A DNA stretch of 64,000 nucleotides from Sphingobacteriales bacterium (GTDB lineage Bacteria; Bacteroidota; Bacteroidia; Chitinophagales; JADIYW01): positions 102,733-166,732 of the forward strand of contig JADKIQ010000009.1 of assembly GCA_016721245.1 (NCBI GenBank). Reading direction: 5' to 3'. Each line of letters begins with the position of its first letter. Positions within the stretch are counted from its first letter, which is position 1. Under the pieces are notes generated by a model. The model was not told where the DNA came from, did not search any database, and worked only from the letters and a program-made list of their open reading frames with translations. The translations under genes and the position numbers were made by a program. This document shows, one piece after another, positions 27,989 to 37,652 of this stretch.

Positions 27989-28064
27989 TGTTTGGATAAA
28001 TGGAAATTGGGAGAAGTTGTTTAAATTACTTAAATTTAACTTCTCCCGCTTTTAAATTTAAAAG

Positions 28065-29768
28065 ATGAGTACGAACACACTAAGCCTCAGAAAGATACTA
28101 TCGAGATTATTTGAGTTAATCCGGTTTGATAAAAAAGAAATCGGAAATATTTATGTGCTGGCTATTCTGGGCGGTATTATCCAGCTAAGCCTGCCGCTGG
28201 GTGTACAGTCCATTATCAGTTTTGTGCAGGCCGGCGAGATAAGCACCTCGCTGGTAATCCTGATATTGCTGGTGGTTGTTGGCGTATTAGTTGCCGGATA
28301 TATTATTATCATACAGAAGAAAATCATTGAGAAAATTCAGCAGAAAATATTTATCCGTTACGCTTACGAATTTACCGAACAGCTGCCCAAACTCGATTTA
28401 AAAAGCATTCAATCGTATTATTTACCCGAGCTAATCAACCGCTTTTTTGAAACGACCTCTTTGCAGAAAAGTATTTCAAAAATATTTCTGGATATACCAA
28501 GCGCTACGTTGCAAATCTTTTTCGGATTGATATTGCTGTCGTTTTACCATCCTTTTTTTATTTTTCTTTCATTACTGCTGATACTTCTCGTCATTGCCAT
28601 CATTTCATTAACTTTTAAGAAAGCAATAGAAACCAGTTTAGACGAGAGTGATTATAAATATAAGCTTGCAGCCTGGATTCAGGAACTTGCAAGAGTTTTG
28701 AAGTCGTTCAAATATTCGCGCAATACCAATTACCACCTGAAAAAATCCGATGAGCTCACTACGGGTTACTTACAGTCCAGAACGATGCATTTTAATGTGT
28801 TGTTGATACAATATTGGTCCCTCATAATTTTTAAGGTGCTGATTACATTTACGATGCTTAGTGTTGGAGCTTATTTATTAGTCAATCAACAGCTCACCGT
28901 TGGTCAGTTTATAGCATCGGAAATTATCATCATTACCACCTTATCCTCTATTGAAAAACTGATAGCAACACTGGAGAATGTATACGATGCATTCACCTCC
29001 ATCGAAAAATTACTAAAAATCACGGAACGCCCTAAAGAAAAACAGGGAGAAATATTATTTACGTCGAATGCGCAAAGTCATGTACTGTACAAAATTAACA
29101 ACATGAATTTCAGTTTTCAGGAAAACACAAATATTCTGAACAACATAAATCTGGAAATTCAGGCTAACGAAAAGGTTTGTATTATGGGGAATGACGGCGC
29201 AGGAAAATCTGTATTTTTAAAAATACTGAGCGGAATATATACTGCTACCAAGGGAACGGTTTTTGTCAATAATATTCCCATACAGAATTATTCTTTAGAT
29301 TCCATTCGTGATAAAATCGGTTTGCTAACCAACAAACAGGATGTTTTTGAAGGAACTGTATTGGATAACATTACACTCGGAAACGATATTTCATTTGATA
29401 CCATTTATGCTACTGCATCTCAAATCGGGCTTGTAAATTTTTTACAAGAGCTCCCGGACGGTTTGGATACAAAAGTACAGCCTTTCGGAAATCAGCTTTC
29501 TACCAGCGCCGTTGAAAAAATTATTTTGCTCCGATTGCTGGTGCATGAGTATGAAATAATGCTGATGGATGAACCCTGGATTCGTTCGGAGTCGAACATC
29601 AGAACAGCCGTCATTGAGTATTTATTACAGCAAAAAAATCAAACAATTATAGTAGTTTCCAACGATGAGGCATATGCTTCTAAAGCAGATAAAATAATTT
29701 ACCTCAACAAAAACGGGGAAGTTGATTTTACCGGGAAATGGGATGATTTTAAAAAACGTTACAAATAA
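28065..29768 (+). CDS. ABC exporter, fused TMD-NBD (type I secretion/efflux type)
   Basis: 567 aa with an N-terminal 6-TM domain. Walker A GNDGAGKS and Walker B IMLMDEP are present. The signature position reads LSTSAVEK rather than LSGGQ. Confidence 0.8.
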   Translation: MSTNTLSLRKILSRLFELIRFDKKEIGNIYVLAILGGIIQLSLPLGVQSIISFVQAGEISTSLVILILLVVVGVLVAGYIIIIQKKIIEKIQQKIFIRYAYEFTEQLPKLDLKSIQSYYLPELINRFFETTSLQKSISKIFLDIPSATLQIFFGLILLSFYHPFFIFLSLLLILLVIAIISLTFKKAIETSLDESDYKYKLAAWIQELARVLKSFKYSRNTNYHLKKSDELTTGYLQSRTMHFNVLLIQYWSLIIFKVLITFTMLSVGAYLLVNQQLTVGQFIASEIIIITTLSSIEKLIATLENVYDAFTSIEKLLKITERPKEKQGEILFTSNAQSHVLYKINNMNFSFQENTNILNNINLEIQANEKVCIMGNDGAGKSVFLKILSGIYTATKGTVFVNNIPIQNYSLDSIRDKIGLLTNKQDVFEGTVLDNITLGNDISFDTIYATASQIGLVNFLQELPDGLDTKVQPFGNQLSTSAVEKIILLRLLVHEYEIMLMDEPWIRSESNIRTAVIEYLLQQKNQTIIVVSNDEAYASKADKIIYLNKNGEVDFTGKWDDFKKRYK

Positions 29769-29773
29769 GAATT

Positions 29774-31114
29774 ATGTCGATAAATGAGAAAATAAAAAAC
29801 TGGAATTCTTATCAGTACATCTATTACAACAGGCATAACAACAGATTGAAGTATATGCTGATTTTTATCATGCTGGCATTTGTTGTTTTTTTGTTTTTAC
29901 CATGGACACAAAGCATTACTGCAAAAGGAAATGTCACTGCATTTAATATTAACGAACGTACACAGCAGTTGAATTCTGTAATCAGTGGTGCTATTGAAAA
30001 ATGGTATATCAAAGAGGGAGATTTTGTGAAAGCCGGTGATACGATTTTAAAATTAACGGAAGTAAAAACAGAATACCTGGATCCGGCATTACTGGAAAAC
30101 ACCAGACAACAACTGATCGCCAAGCAGGATGCTGCTACCAATTATTCCGGTAAAGCAGGAACAGCTGTACTTCAAAAAGAGGCATTGCTTCAGGCAAGAG
30201 ATTTTAAAATTGAGCAAATCAATAACAAGATTGAACAGGCACAGCGTTACATAGAAATAGACAATGCCAATCTTGCGGCTGCTAAGAATGATTATGAAAT
30301 TGCAAAACTACAGTACGAACGTCAGCAAACCTTATTTAATGAAGGACTGGTGTCAAAAACGCAGATGGAGCAGCGAAATCAGGCACTCCAGAATGCGCAG
30401 GCAAAATACGATGTGGCACAACGCAAATTAGCCAACTCAAAACAGGAACTCATTATTGCAAAACTCGAAAAAAGCGGCACCGAGCAGGATTATCAGGATA
30501 AACTGGCAAAAGTGGAGGGAGAAAAATTTCAATCCTTATCTAACGTTGCCACGGCAAAAGGAGATGCTGCCAAGCTCAGTAATCAGTATACGAATTATGA
30601 AAGCCGCGCTAAGTTTTATTACCTCATAGCACCACAGGACGGCCAGGTCATTAAAGTAAAAAATGCCGGTGTGGGTGAGATTATAAAAGAAAGCGAATTT
30701 ATAGCAGAAGTGGTACCAAATGTCAATAACAGAGCCGTTGAAATGTATATAAAAGCGGTTGACATTCCGCTGATCAGTTTAGGACAAAGAGTAAGCTTAA
30801 CATTTGATGGTTATCCTGCCATTGTTTTTTCCGGATGGCCGAATGCATCCTTTGGATTTTTCAGAGGAAAGGTAACGGTAATTGAAAGTGCCATCAATAA
30901 GCAGGGCTATTTCAGAATTTTAATTACGGAAGATGCATCGTATAAAATATGGCCGCAAAACTTGCGCTACGGAACAGGATCCAATGGCATTGCCTTACTC
31001 AAAGATGTTCCAATCTATTATGAAATCTGGCGAAAAATTAATGGCTTCCCACCGGATTACTATCAGGTGAAAACAGTAATTGACAACAAACAAAAGAAAG
31101 ACGAAAGTGAATAA
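29774..31114 (+). CDS. HlyD-family membrane-fusion (periplasmic adaptor) protein
   Basis: 446 aa with a single N-terminal TM, a long coiled-coil centre (Q/A/K-rich) and a barrel domain. Lies 5 bp after the ABC gene. Confidence 0.8.
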   Translation: MSINEKIKNWNSYQYIYYNRHNNRLKYMLIFIMLAFVVFLFLPWTQSITAKGNVTAFNINERTQQLNSVISGAIEKWYIKEGDFVKAGDTILKLTEVKTEYLDPALLENTRQQLIAKQDAATNYSGKAGTAVLQKEALLQARDFKIEQINNKIEQAQRYIEIDNANLAAAKNDYEIAKLQYERQQTLFNEGLVSKTQMEQRNQALQNAQAKYDVAQRKLANSKQELIIAKLEKSGTEQDYQDKLAKVEGEKFQSLSNVATAKGDAAKLSNQYTNYESRAKFYYLIAPQDGQVIKVKNAGVGEIIKESEFIAEVVPNVNNRAVEMYIKAVDIPLISLGQRVSLTFDGYPAIVFSGWPNASFGFFRGKVTVIESAINKQGYFRILITEDASYKIWPQNLRYGTGSNGIALLKDVPIYYEIWRKINGFPPDYYQVKTVIDNKQKKDESE

Positions 31115-32525
31115 AGGCAGTAAACAGATTCTTTTATTTTTCCTGCTGTTGTGGAATGGTTTTGTTGTATCTGCTAATGATACGACTACTGTTTTGTCTG
31201 CTCAACGATACCTGCAGCTCGTTATGCAGCACCATCCCTTAATAAAACAAACAGATTTAGTAGTCAAAGAAGCAACGGCAAAATTACTGAGTGCAAAAGG
31301 TGCTTTCGATCCTGTTGCCGATTTCAGTTTCGAAAATAAAACATTAGACGGCAATCGTTATTACCAATACTTGCAGCCGCAGCTGAAAGCACCCTTGTGG
31401 TATGGAATTGAATTAAAGGCTGAACTCAGCGATGTGCGCGGCAGCAACACTGCCAATGAACTCACGTATGGGAATTCAGTTGCAGTCGGTGTTTCACTTC
31501 CCTTGTTAAGTGGTCTGGTCATGAATAAGAAAATGGCTGTGCTGAAACAGGCAAAAAACAATATTCAACTGTCAAAGGCAGAACAGCAGAATACCATCAA
31601 TACATTGCTGTTAGATGCTATCGATGCTTACTGGGACTGGAATGTTTATTACCAGGAGTACTTTTATAACATAAAAGCTAAGGAAGTTAGTTATAACCGT
31701 TTGCAATTTACTAAAAGAATGTTTGAAGTTGGTGAACGACCGGCGATAGATACCGTTGAAGCATTTGCGCAATACAAGTTGCTGGAATACGAAACCCAAA
31801 AATCATATTACAACTGGGTGAAATCTGCCATCGAACTGAGTTTATTTTTATGGGACGAAAATGAACAGGCGGTATTTATAAAAGACAACATAACTCCGCT
31901 TATTTACAACACTCGTTATTTATTGGATTCGATAACACTACCATCGTTGAACGACCTTGAATTACTGGTCTTAAATCACCCGAAATTAAACGCTTTTGAT
32001 ATAAAACTTAAAAACCTGGAGATAGAACGAAAGCTAAAATTTCAGAACCTCTTACCCACCTTGAATGTCAACTATAATTTTATAAATAAAAGCTATAATC
32101 CTTTTTATAATGTTGGCGACAATTTATTGCTTAATAATTACAAAATTGGTGTTGATTTTAAAATGCCTTTGATGTTCAGAGAGGCCAGAGGAGAATATAA
32201 GCAGGCGAAAATTAAAATAGAATCAACACAGATAGACAAGGTTGTTGTGCAGAATGAACTTAATGTAAAAGTTAAAACATACTACAACGATTTGGTGGCA
32301 CTGAAAGAAAATCTGAGATTATACAATGAAACGTTTCTGGCTTACGAAACCTTACTGAAAGGCGAGAATACAAGATTTGAAAACGGGGAAAGCAGCCTGT
32401 TTCTTATTAACAGCCGCCAAAACAAAGTGCTGGAAACCCGTTTAAAAATGAATGAATTAGAGTCGAAACTCATGAAATACCAAATGTCTGTTTATTTACT
32501 TGCAGGACAGCAACCTAAAAATTAA
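31080..32525 (+). CDS. TolC-family outer-membrane efflux protein
   Basis: 481 aa with a signal-like LLFFLLLWNGFVVSA and two repeated helical/barrel halves typical of OEP/TolC. The start is uncertain (TTG at 31080 or GTG at 31107). Confidence 0.7.
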   Translation: MTTNKRKTKVNKGSKQILLFFLLLWNGFVVSANDTTTVLSAQRYLQLVMQHHPLIKQTDLVVKEATAKLLSAKGAFDPVADFSFENKTLDGNRYYQYLQPQLKAPLWYGIELKAELSDVRGSNTANELTYGNSVAVGVSLPLLSGLVMNKKMAVLKQAKNNIQLSKAEQQNTINTLLLDAIDAYWDWNVYYQEYFYNIKAKEVSYNRLQFTKRMFEVGERPAIDTVEAFAQYKLLEYETQKSYYNWVKSAIELSLFLWDENEQAVFIKDNITPLIYNTRYLLDSITLPSLNDLELLVLNHPKLNAFDIKLKNLEIERKLKFQNLLPTLNVNYNFINKSYNPFYNVGDNLLLNNYKIGVDFKMPLMFREARGEYKQAKIKIESTQIDKVVVQNELNVKVKTYYNDLVALKENLRLYNETFLAYETLLKGENTRFENGESSLFLINSRQNKVLETRLKMNELESKLMKYQMSVYLLAGQQPKN

Positions 32526-32576
32526 AAAAAAATATAAAACTGCGGAACTAAAAGAATAGTAACAGTGTTATAGATA

Positions 32577-32602
32577 ATAGTATTACTATTAACAAATAGA
32601 AT
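32577..32602. promoter_or_regulatory. candidate TetR operator, site 2 (ATAGTAtTACTAT + TAACAAATAGAAT)
   Basis: 13-bp palindrome at 32577-32589, about 105 bp upstream of the TerC-family ATG. Extra ATAGTA/ATAGAT half-sites at 32556-32575. Confidence 0.5.
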
Positions 32603-32695
32603 ACTTCAATTTTCTCATAATTAGTGTGTGTAAGAGAAGCCGGTGTTTCCCCAACTCGGCTTCTCGCTATTTATAGTGCTATAAAAAACTTAAAA

Positions 32696-33613
32696 ATGGA
32701 TGTAAATATTTGGTTCTGGATTGGATTCAATGCTTTTGTTTTACTGATGCTGGCTTTGGATTTAGGTGTGTTTCATAAGAATACACACACGGTAAAAATC
32801 AAAGAGTCTCTTATGTGGACAGGCATATGGATTATATTGGCTTTGTTGTTTGCGTGTGGTATTTTTTATTTTTTCGGAAAACAGCAGGGTGTTGAATTTT
32901 TAACGGGATATGTTATCGAGAAATCTTTGAGTGTCGATAATATTTTTGTGTTTATTATGGTGTTCTCTTATTTTAATATACCAACAAAATACCAGCATAA
33001 AGTATTGTTTTACGGAATATTGGGAGCTTTGCTGATGCGCGCGTTCTTTATTTTTGCAGGCGTTGCGCTCATAACTAAATTTCACTGGATCATTTATGTG
33101 TTTGGCGCATTCTTGATTTTTACCGGTATAAAAATGCTGGTGCAGGATGAAAAACCGCTGGAGCCTGATAAAAATCCATTGGTAAGATTATTTAAAAAAT
33201 TCATGCCGGTAACGACAGAATTACATGGAGAGAAATTTTTTGTCAAAGTTGGAGCAAGAAATTTCGCAACACCTTTGTTTATAGTATTATTACTGATTGA
33301 ATTTACCGATCTTATTTTTGCCGTAGATTCTATACCGGCAATTCTGGCGATATCGAATGATACATTTATAGTGTATACCTCAAATGTTTTTGCTATTCTG
33401 GGACTGCGTTCTTTGTATTTTGCGTTAGCGGATATCACCAAATATTTCAGATTTTTGAAATACGGATTATCGGCCATCTTAGTCTTTGTAGGAGTAAAGA
33501 TGTGTATTGTGGATATTTATAAAATACCGGTGTTGTATTCGCTTGGAACCATACTATTGATTTTAGCAAGCTCTGTAATTGCTTCCATCGCAATAACGCC
33601 GAAGCATAAATAA
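32696..33613 (+). CDS. TerC-family integral membrane protein
   Basis: The ATG at 32696 (MDVNIWFWIGFNAFVLLMLALDLGVFHK). EKSLSVDNIFV and DLIFAVDSIPA are the duplicated TerC motifs. Confidence 0.85.
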   Translation: MDVNIWFWIGFNAFVLLMLALDLGVFHKNTHTVKIKESLMWTGIWIILALLFACGIFYFFGKQQGVEFLTGYVIEKSLSVDNIFVFIMVFSYFNIPTKYQHKVLFYGILGALLMRAFFIFAGVALITKFHWIIYVFGAFLIFTGIKMLVQDEKPLEPDKNPLVRLFKKFMPVTTELHGEKFFVKVGARNFATPLFIVLLLIEFTDLIFAVDSIPAILAISNDTFIVYTSNVFAILGLRSLYFALADITKYFRFLKYGLSAILVFVGVKMCIVDIYKIPVLYSLGTILLILASSVIASIAITPKHK

Positions 33614-33616
33614 ATA

Positions 33617-34369
33617 TTATTCTTTCGGTTTTGTGAATGTTTTTGTGTACGGAAAAATATATTTTACTTTTTTGGGTTTTCCGGCATCTGTCGCTGGTAA
33701 AAACGGTGGTAATTTATGAATAGCTTCCAATACAATGCTTTCACATTCTTTACAGTTAGATTTCATTAAATTAATTTCTGAAATATCCCCTTTTGTATCT
33801 ACATAAAATGAATAATAAACCCGAATCATTTTATCAGAATCACTAGGCTTGGCATCTTTAGGTAAAACTACATTTTTATTTAAAAATTTCTGGAGAGCGC
33901 TTGGACCACCGGGAAATTCTACATTTCCATAACCTTTTCCCTGTTTATCATAAACCCGCAGAATGGAATCAGCTTTTCTGAAAAAATCGCACTTGAAAAT
34001 AGAATCTAATTTTGGCTGAAAAGCCTTATTGTAACATTTTTTGTATTCGTTACTGGTATCTAAAGGTTGTGTTTTGTCTGCTTTATCCTGGTAGTATTCA
34101 TTCAAAATCTTTTTAGCAGCTATTTTTGAAGTGTCTTTATTAATGGAAGACATTCTAACCATTGTTTTTTTATATACGTCTTTGTTGATTTTTATATAAT
34201 TATAAAGATTTGTATTAGTTTTTGACTGTAAATAACATCCAAATTCGCCTCTCTTAAACTGAGCATTCATACTGTCTGTTGCTGCTTTGCAAATAGCATC
34301 ATTTTGGGCTTTCGAAAAATTATTTAGCAAACATACAAAGGATAAAATAAAGGCAATTTTCTTTAACAT
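33617..34369 (-). CDS. secreted protein with a TonB-C-like domain
   Basis: Signal peptide, then a C-terminal FPGGPSALQKFLNKNVVLP...YYSFYVDTKGDI block resembling Bacteroidota TonB_C domains. Confidence 0.4.
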   Translation of the reverse strand: MLKKIAFILSFVCLLNNFSKAQNDAICKAATDSMNAQFKRGEFGCYLQSKTNTNLYNYIKINKDVYKKTMVRMSSINKDTSKIAAKKILNEYYQDKADKTQPLDTSNEYKKCYNKAFQPKLDSIFKCDFFRKADSILRVYDKQGKGYGNVEFPGGPSALQKFLNKNVVLPKDAKPSDSDKMIRVYYSFYVDTKGDISEINLMKSNCKECESIVLEAIHKLPPFLPATDAGKPKKVKYIFPYTKTFTKPKE

Positions 34370-34405
34370 AATATTGATTTTATAAATGATTAGCGTGATA
34401 TAATT

Positions 34406-34786
34406 TTAACGAACGGCAATACAGGATATTTCGACATTTGCATTTTTCGGCAACATGCTTACTTCCACTGTTTCTCTTGCCGGAGGATTGTTTTTAAAAT
34501 ATTTTCCATACACTTCATTCACTTTCGGGAAATCGTGCATGTCTGTTAAAAAAATGGAGCATTTCACCACATTGGAAAAATCCATTTCGGCAGCCAGCAA
34601 TATTGCGTTTAAATTTTCCATTACTTGTTGTGTTTCTTCCGCAATACCATCTTTAATCATAGTTCCGGAAAACGGATCCAAAGGGATTTGTCCGGAAATA
34701 AACAACATGCCATTAATGTATACCGCCTGAGAATAAGGACCAATGGGTTCCGGAGCATCGTCCGTATAAATTATTTTACGCGCCAT
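34406..34786 (-). CDS. ridA: RidA/YjgF family reactive-intermediate deaminase
   Basis: APEPIGPYSQAV...GQIP...ARETVEV motifs. The ATG at 34786 is preferred. Confidence 0.85.
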   Translation of the reverse strand: MARKIIYTDDAPEPIGPYSQAVYINGMLFISGQIPLDPFSGTMIKDGIAEETQQVMENLNAILLAAEMDFSNVVKCSIFLTDMHDFPKVNEVYGKYFKNNPPARETVEVSMLPKNANVEISCIAVR

Positions 34787-34858
34787 AATAACTATCAAAA
34801 GTACAAAAATACTGAAAAAGTAAGTGTGAAAGTTTCTTAATTAAAATGGTAGGAGATA

Positions 34859-35602
34859 TTACTTCTCTTCCTTCTTCTTGTACACATAATCAATATACCA
34901 CATCTCATTTTTGTAGATGAAATCAACAATGTGTTTTTTAGTCTCCTCATCATATTTTGAAAACAGGTCGTATCCTTTCTGTAATAATACTTTGCCCAGT
35001 TTTATACCATCTATTTCCTTTTGCGGAAATACATCCGGTTTCTTTTCCATGGTATGGATTACATGGTCTAAAATATCCAGCGTTTTTGCAAGTAAGGTGG
35101 TATTTACCATCGCACCAAACAAACTCTTCACGTCATGTATGAATTTTTCAATGTCTTCGCGCGGCAATTGATACATCGTATCTTCAAAATCCTCGTCGCT
35201 CATAGGCGGTAAAATGCCATTTTTATTGGCAATTTCGGCCATATGTGCTTCAAAATTCTTTGCCCCCATAAAGGAATCCAGAGAATCCATACCGGCTTTA
35301 AGAGCCACCATAAAATGCCTGCCAAACTTGAACAGCGCACGTGCCATATCACCGAAAAGGTTCCACATTTTTCGCGGCTGTTTTACGTAATCCGCTAAGT
35401 CTTTGAAGGCCTCTTCCAGTTCTTTGCGTTCCTGAGCTGGCGGGTAAATAGTGCTTAAGAAATAATTTTCTATTTCATCAATCACATCTTCACTAATAGA
35501 GGGCGGTAAATCAAAACGTTGTTTCAACTCATTGAAATCATAGCGCTTTTCCACCATTTCCCGGAACTTCTCTATGATATGATAATCTTTCGTTTCTGAC
35601 AT
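34859..35602 (-). CDS. conserved hypothetical protein
   Basis: 247-aa acidic, helical ORF. No family recognised. Confidence 0.45.
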   Translation of the reverse strand: MSETKDYHIIEKFREMVEKRYDFNELKQRFDLPPSISEDVIDEIENYFLSTIYPPAQERKELEEAFKDLADYVKQPRKMWNLFGDMARALFKFGRHFMVALKAGMDSLDSFMGAKNFEAHMAEIANKNGILPPMSDEDFEDTMYQLPREDIEKFIHDVKSLFGAMVNTTLLAKTLDILDHVIHTMEKKPDVFPQKEIDGIKLGKVLLQKGYDLFSKYDEETKKHIVDFIYKNEMWYIDYVYKKKEEK

Positions 35603-35667
35603 AAAAGAATTGTGCTACTAAAATAAGTATTTTCTTTTTATGAAACTGATAGATTGAGCAAATGTTT

Positions 35668-37623
35668 TTATATCAGATGTTCTTTTCTTACAAGGTCGAT
35701 ATTCTGAATAGGCTGATACAACAAGGGAACCTGCTCAGTTACCACATCACTTTTTTCCAGTCCGAACGCCTTTTCATCTTTTAAACCAAGCTGTTTGAGG
35801 TAAAAATATCCGTTCAGCAATAATCCGTTGCGCAGACTGAATTCATTTTCTACCGATAAAAACTTCTCAATTACGACAAATTTAAAATCCGGTTCATGAT
35901 TATATTTTGTAGAGCCATCCGGACGAATATGCAGATTTAATTCTTTTTTTGCCACCAAATCCTGAACAATTTTCTTGAAATAAATTTCCGTTTTAGGCTG
36001 CACCCGGAAGCCTATATTAATGGTCACTTTTATCACCTTATCATCCAGCAATTCGGATACTTCATAGTTTAAAGTATAGGGTGCATCTGTTCGGTTGATA
36101 TGCAGGAACCAGTATACATCGGCTCTTTTTGGTTTTTTGGAGAAAATGGATTTTATGATTTTCTCTTCAATCTGTGTTCTGTGATTTGCTTTTGTTAAAT
36201 AGATCAGATGTGTGGCGAATTTTGGTATGTCGTCATCTTCATTTAATTCTTTTAACATGGAGATATATTTTCCGAGGTCGACAAAGTGTACAAGTCCGTT
36301 ATTAATTTTTCTTGCATAATACCACACATACATCGTTAAGAAAATGAATAATTCAAAAAAGAGAAACATCCAGCGTTCCTTTATTTTGGCGGAGTTGGTG
36401 ATGAAAAATGAAAGCTCAATAATGCCGAAAATGATAAGGATTCCCGTTACCAAAAGCTTGTTCCATTTTTTTCTGTAGATTAAAAAGAAGGCAAGCAGGT
36501 AAGTGGTCATCATCATGGCAATGGTGATGGAGAATCCATATGCCGCCTCCATATGCGTGGAGGATTTGAAATACAATATCATTAATATGCATCCCACCCA
36601 TAAAATCGTATTCACACTTGGAATATAGATCTGACCTTTCATTTCCGTAGGTTGTCTTACCGCTACGCGCGGCCAGAAATTTAAACTCATGGCTTCGCTG
36701 ATAAGCGTGTAAGATCCACTGATTAGGGCCTGAGAAGCAATAATCGTTGCTAATGTCGCAATGATTATTCCGGGAATCAGAAACCACTGTGGCATCATTT
36801 CAAAAAACGGATTTCTTCCGTTCAGCGTTTGTTGTCCCTGATGCATAATCCATGCTGCCTGTCCGACATAGTTTATCACCAATGCTATTTTTACAAATAC
36901 CCAGGTAATACGGATGTTTTTGATGCCGCAATGGCCCAGATCGGAGTAGAGTGCTTCTGCTCCCGTTGTGCATAAGAACACGGCGCCTAATAACCAAAAG
37001 CCCTGAGGGTATTTTACCAGCAGTTCATATCCGTAGTACGGATTAATGGCTTTCAACACGGAAGGGAATTGTGATATTTCGTGTGCACCCATTATGAACA
37101 ATAAGGAAAACCAAACAACCATAATTGGTCCGAAAAGACTGCCCACTTTTTGGGTGCCAAAACGCTGAAAGAAAAACAGCAAGGATAGAATAACAATAAC
37201 GATGGGTACGGTCGGTAATGTCTCCAACCCTTTTACCATGGTTAATCCTTCAATGGCGGATGCTACCGAAATCGGAGGTGTAATGATGCCATCAGCCAGC
37301 AAGGTGGTGGCTCCTAGAATGGTGGGAATGACCAGATATTTTCCGTATCGTTTAACAAGCGCATATAAGGAAAAAACGCCGCCTTCACCATTGTTGTCCG
37401 CCATTAAGGTAAGTACAATGTATTTGAAAGTGGTTTGAAAAACTAGTGTCCAGAAGATAAGAGAAACGCCGCCGAAAACCAATATTTCAGAAATTTCCCG
37501 TTCGCCCACAATAGCTTTCAGCACGTAGAGCGGACTAGTGCCGATATCCCCGTAGATGATTCCGAGTGCGACTAATAAGGAGGCAATAGTTACCCTGTTC
37601 GATGTTGAATGGTTCGAATTCAT
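35668..37623 (-). CDS. kup: KUP/HAK/KT potassium uptake protein
   Basis: N-terminal GIIYGDIGTSPLYVLK signature, 12 TM segments and a cytosolic C-terminal domain. Confidence 0.9.
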   Translation of the reverse strand: MNSNHSTSNRVTIASLLVALGIIYGDIGTSPLYVLKAIVGEREISEILVFGGVSLIFWTLVFQTTFKYIVLTLMADNNGEGGVFSLYALVKRYGKYLVIPTILGATTLLADGIITPPISVASAIEGLTMVKGLETLPTVPIVIVILSLLFFFQRFGTQKVGSLFGPIMVVWFSLLFIMGAHEISQFPSVLKAINPYYGYELLVKYPQGFWLLGAVFLCTTGAEALYSDLGHCGIKNIRITWVFVKIALVINYVGQAAWIMHQGQQTLNGRNPFFEMMPQWFLIPGIIIATLATIIASQALISGSYTLISEAMSLNFWPRVAVRQPTEMKGQIYIPSVNTILWVGCILMILYFKSSTHMEAAYGFSITIAMMMTTYLLAFFLIYRKKWNKLLVTGILIIFGIIELSFFITNSAKIKERWMFLFFELFIFLTMYVWYYARKINNGLVHFVDLGKYISMLKELNEDDDIPKFATHLIYLTKANHRTQIEEKIIKSIFSKKPKRADVYWFLHINRTDAPYTLNYEVSELLDDKVIKVTINIGFRVQPKTEIYFKKIVQDLVAKKELNLHIRPDGSTKYNHEPDFKFVVIEKFLSVENEFSLRNGLLLNGYFYLKQLGLKDEKAFGLEKSDVVTEQVPLLYQPIQNIDLVRKEHLI

Positions 37624-37652
37624 GTTTTATAATTTATATGTCTGTTGATTAT

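Noticed and set aside
32596-32695. A possible yybP-ykoY (Mn) riboswitch in front of the TerC-family gene.
   Set aside because: Only a simple 9-bp hairpin is present. I cannot find the conserved four-way-junction sequence elements of that riboswitch in the ~100-nt leader. An Infernal scan would settle it.
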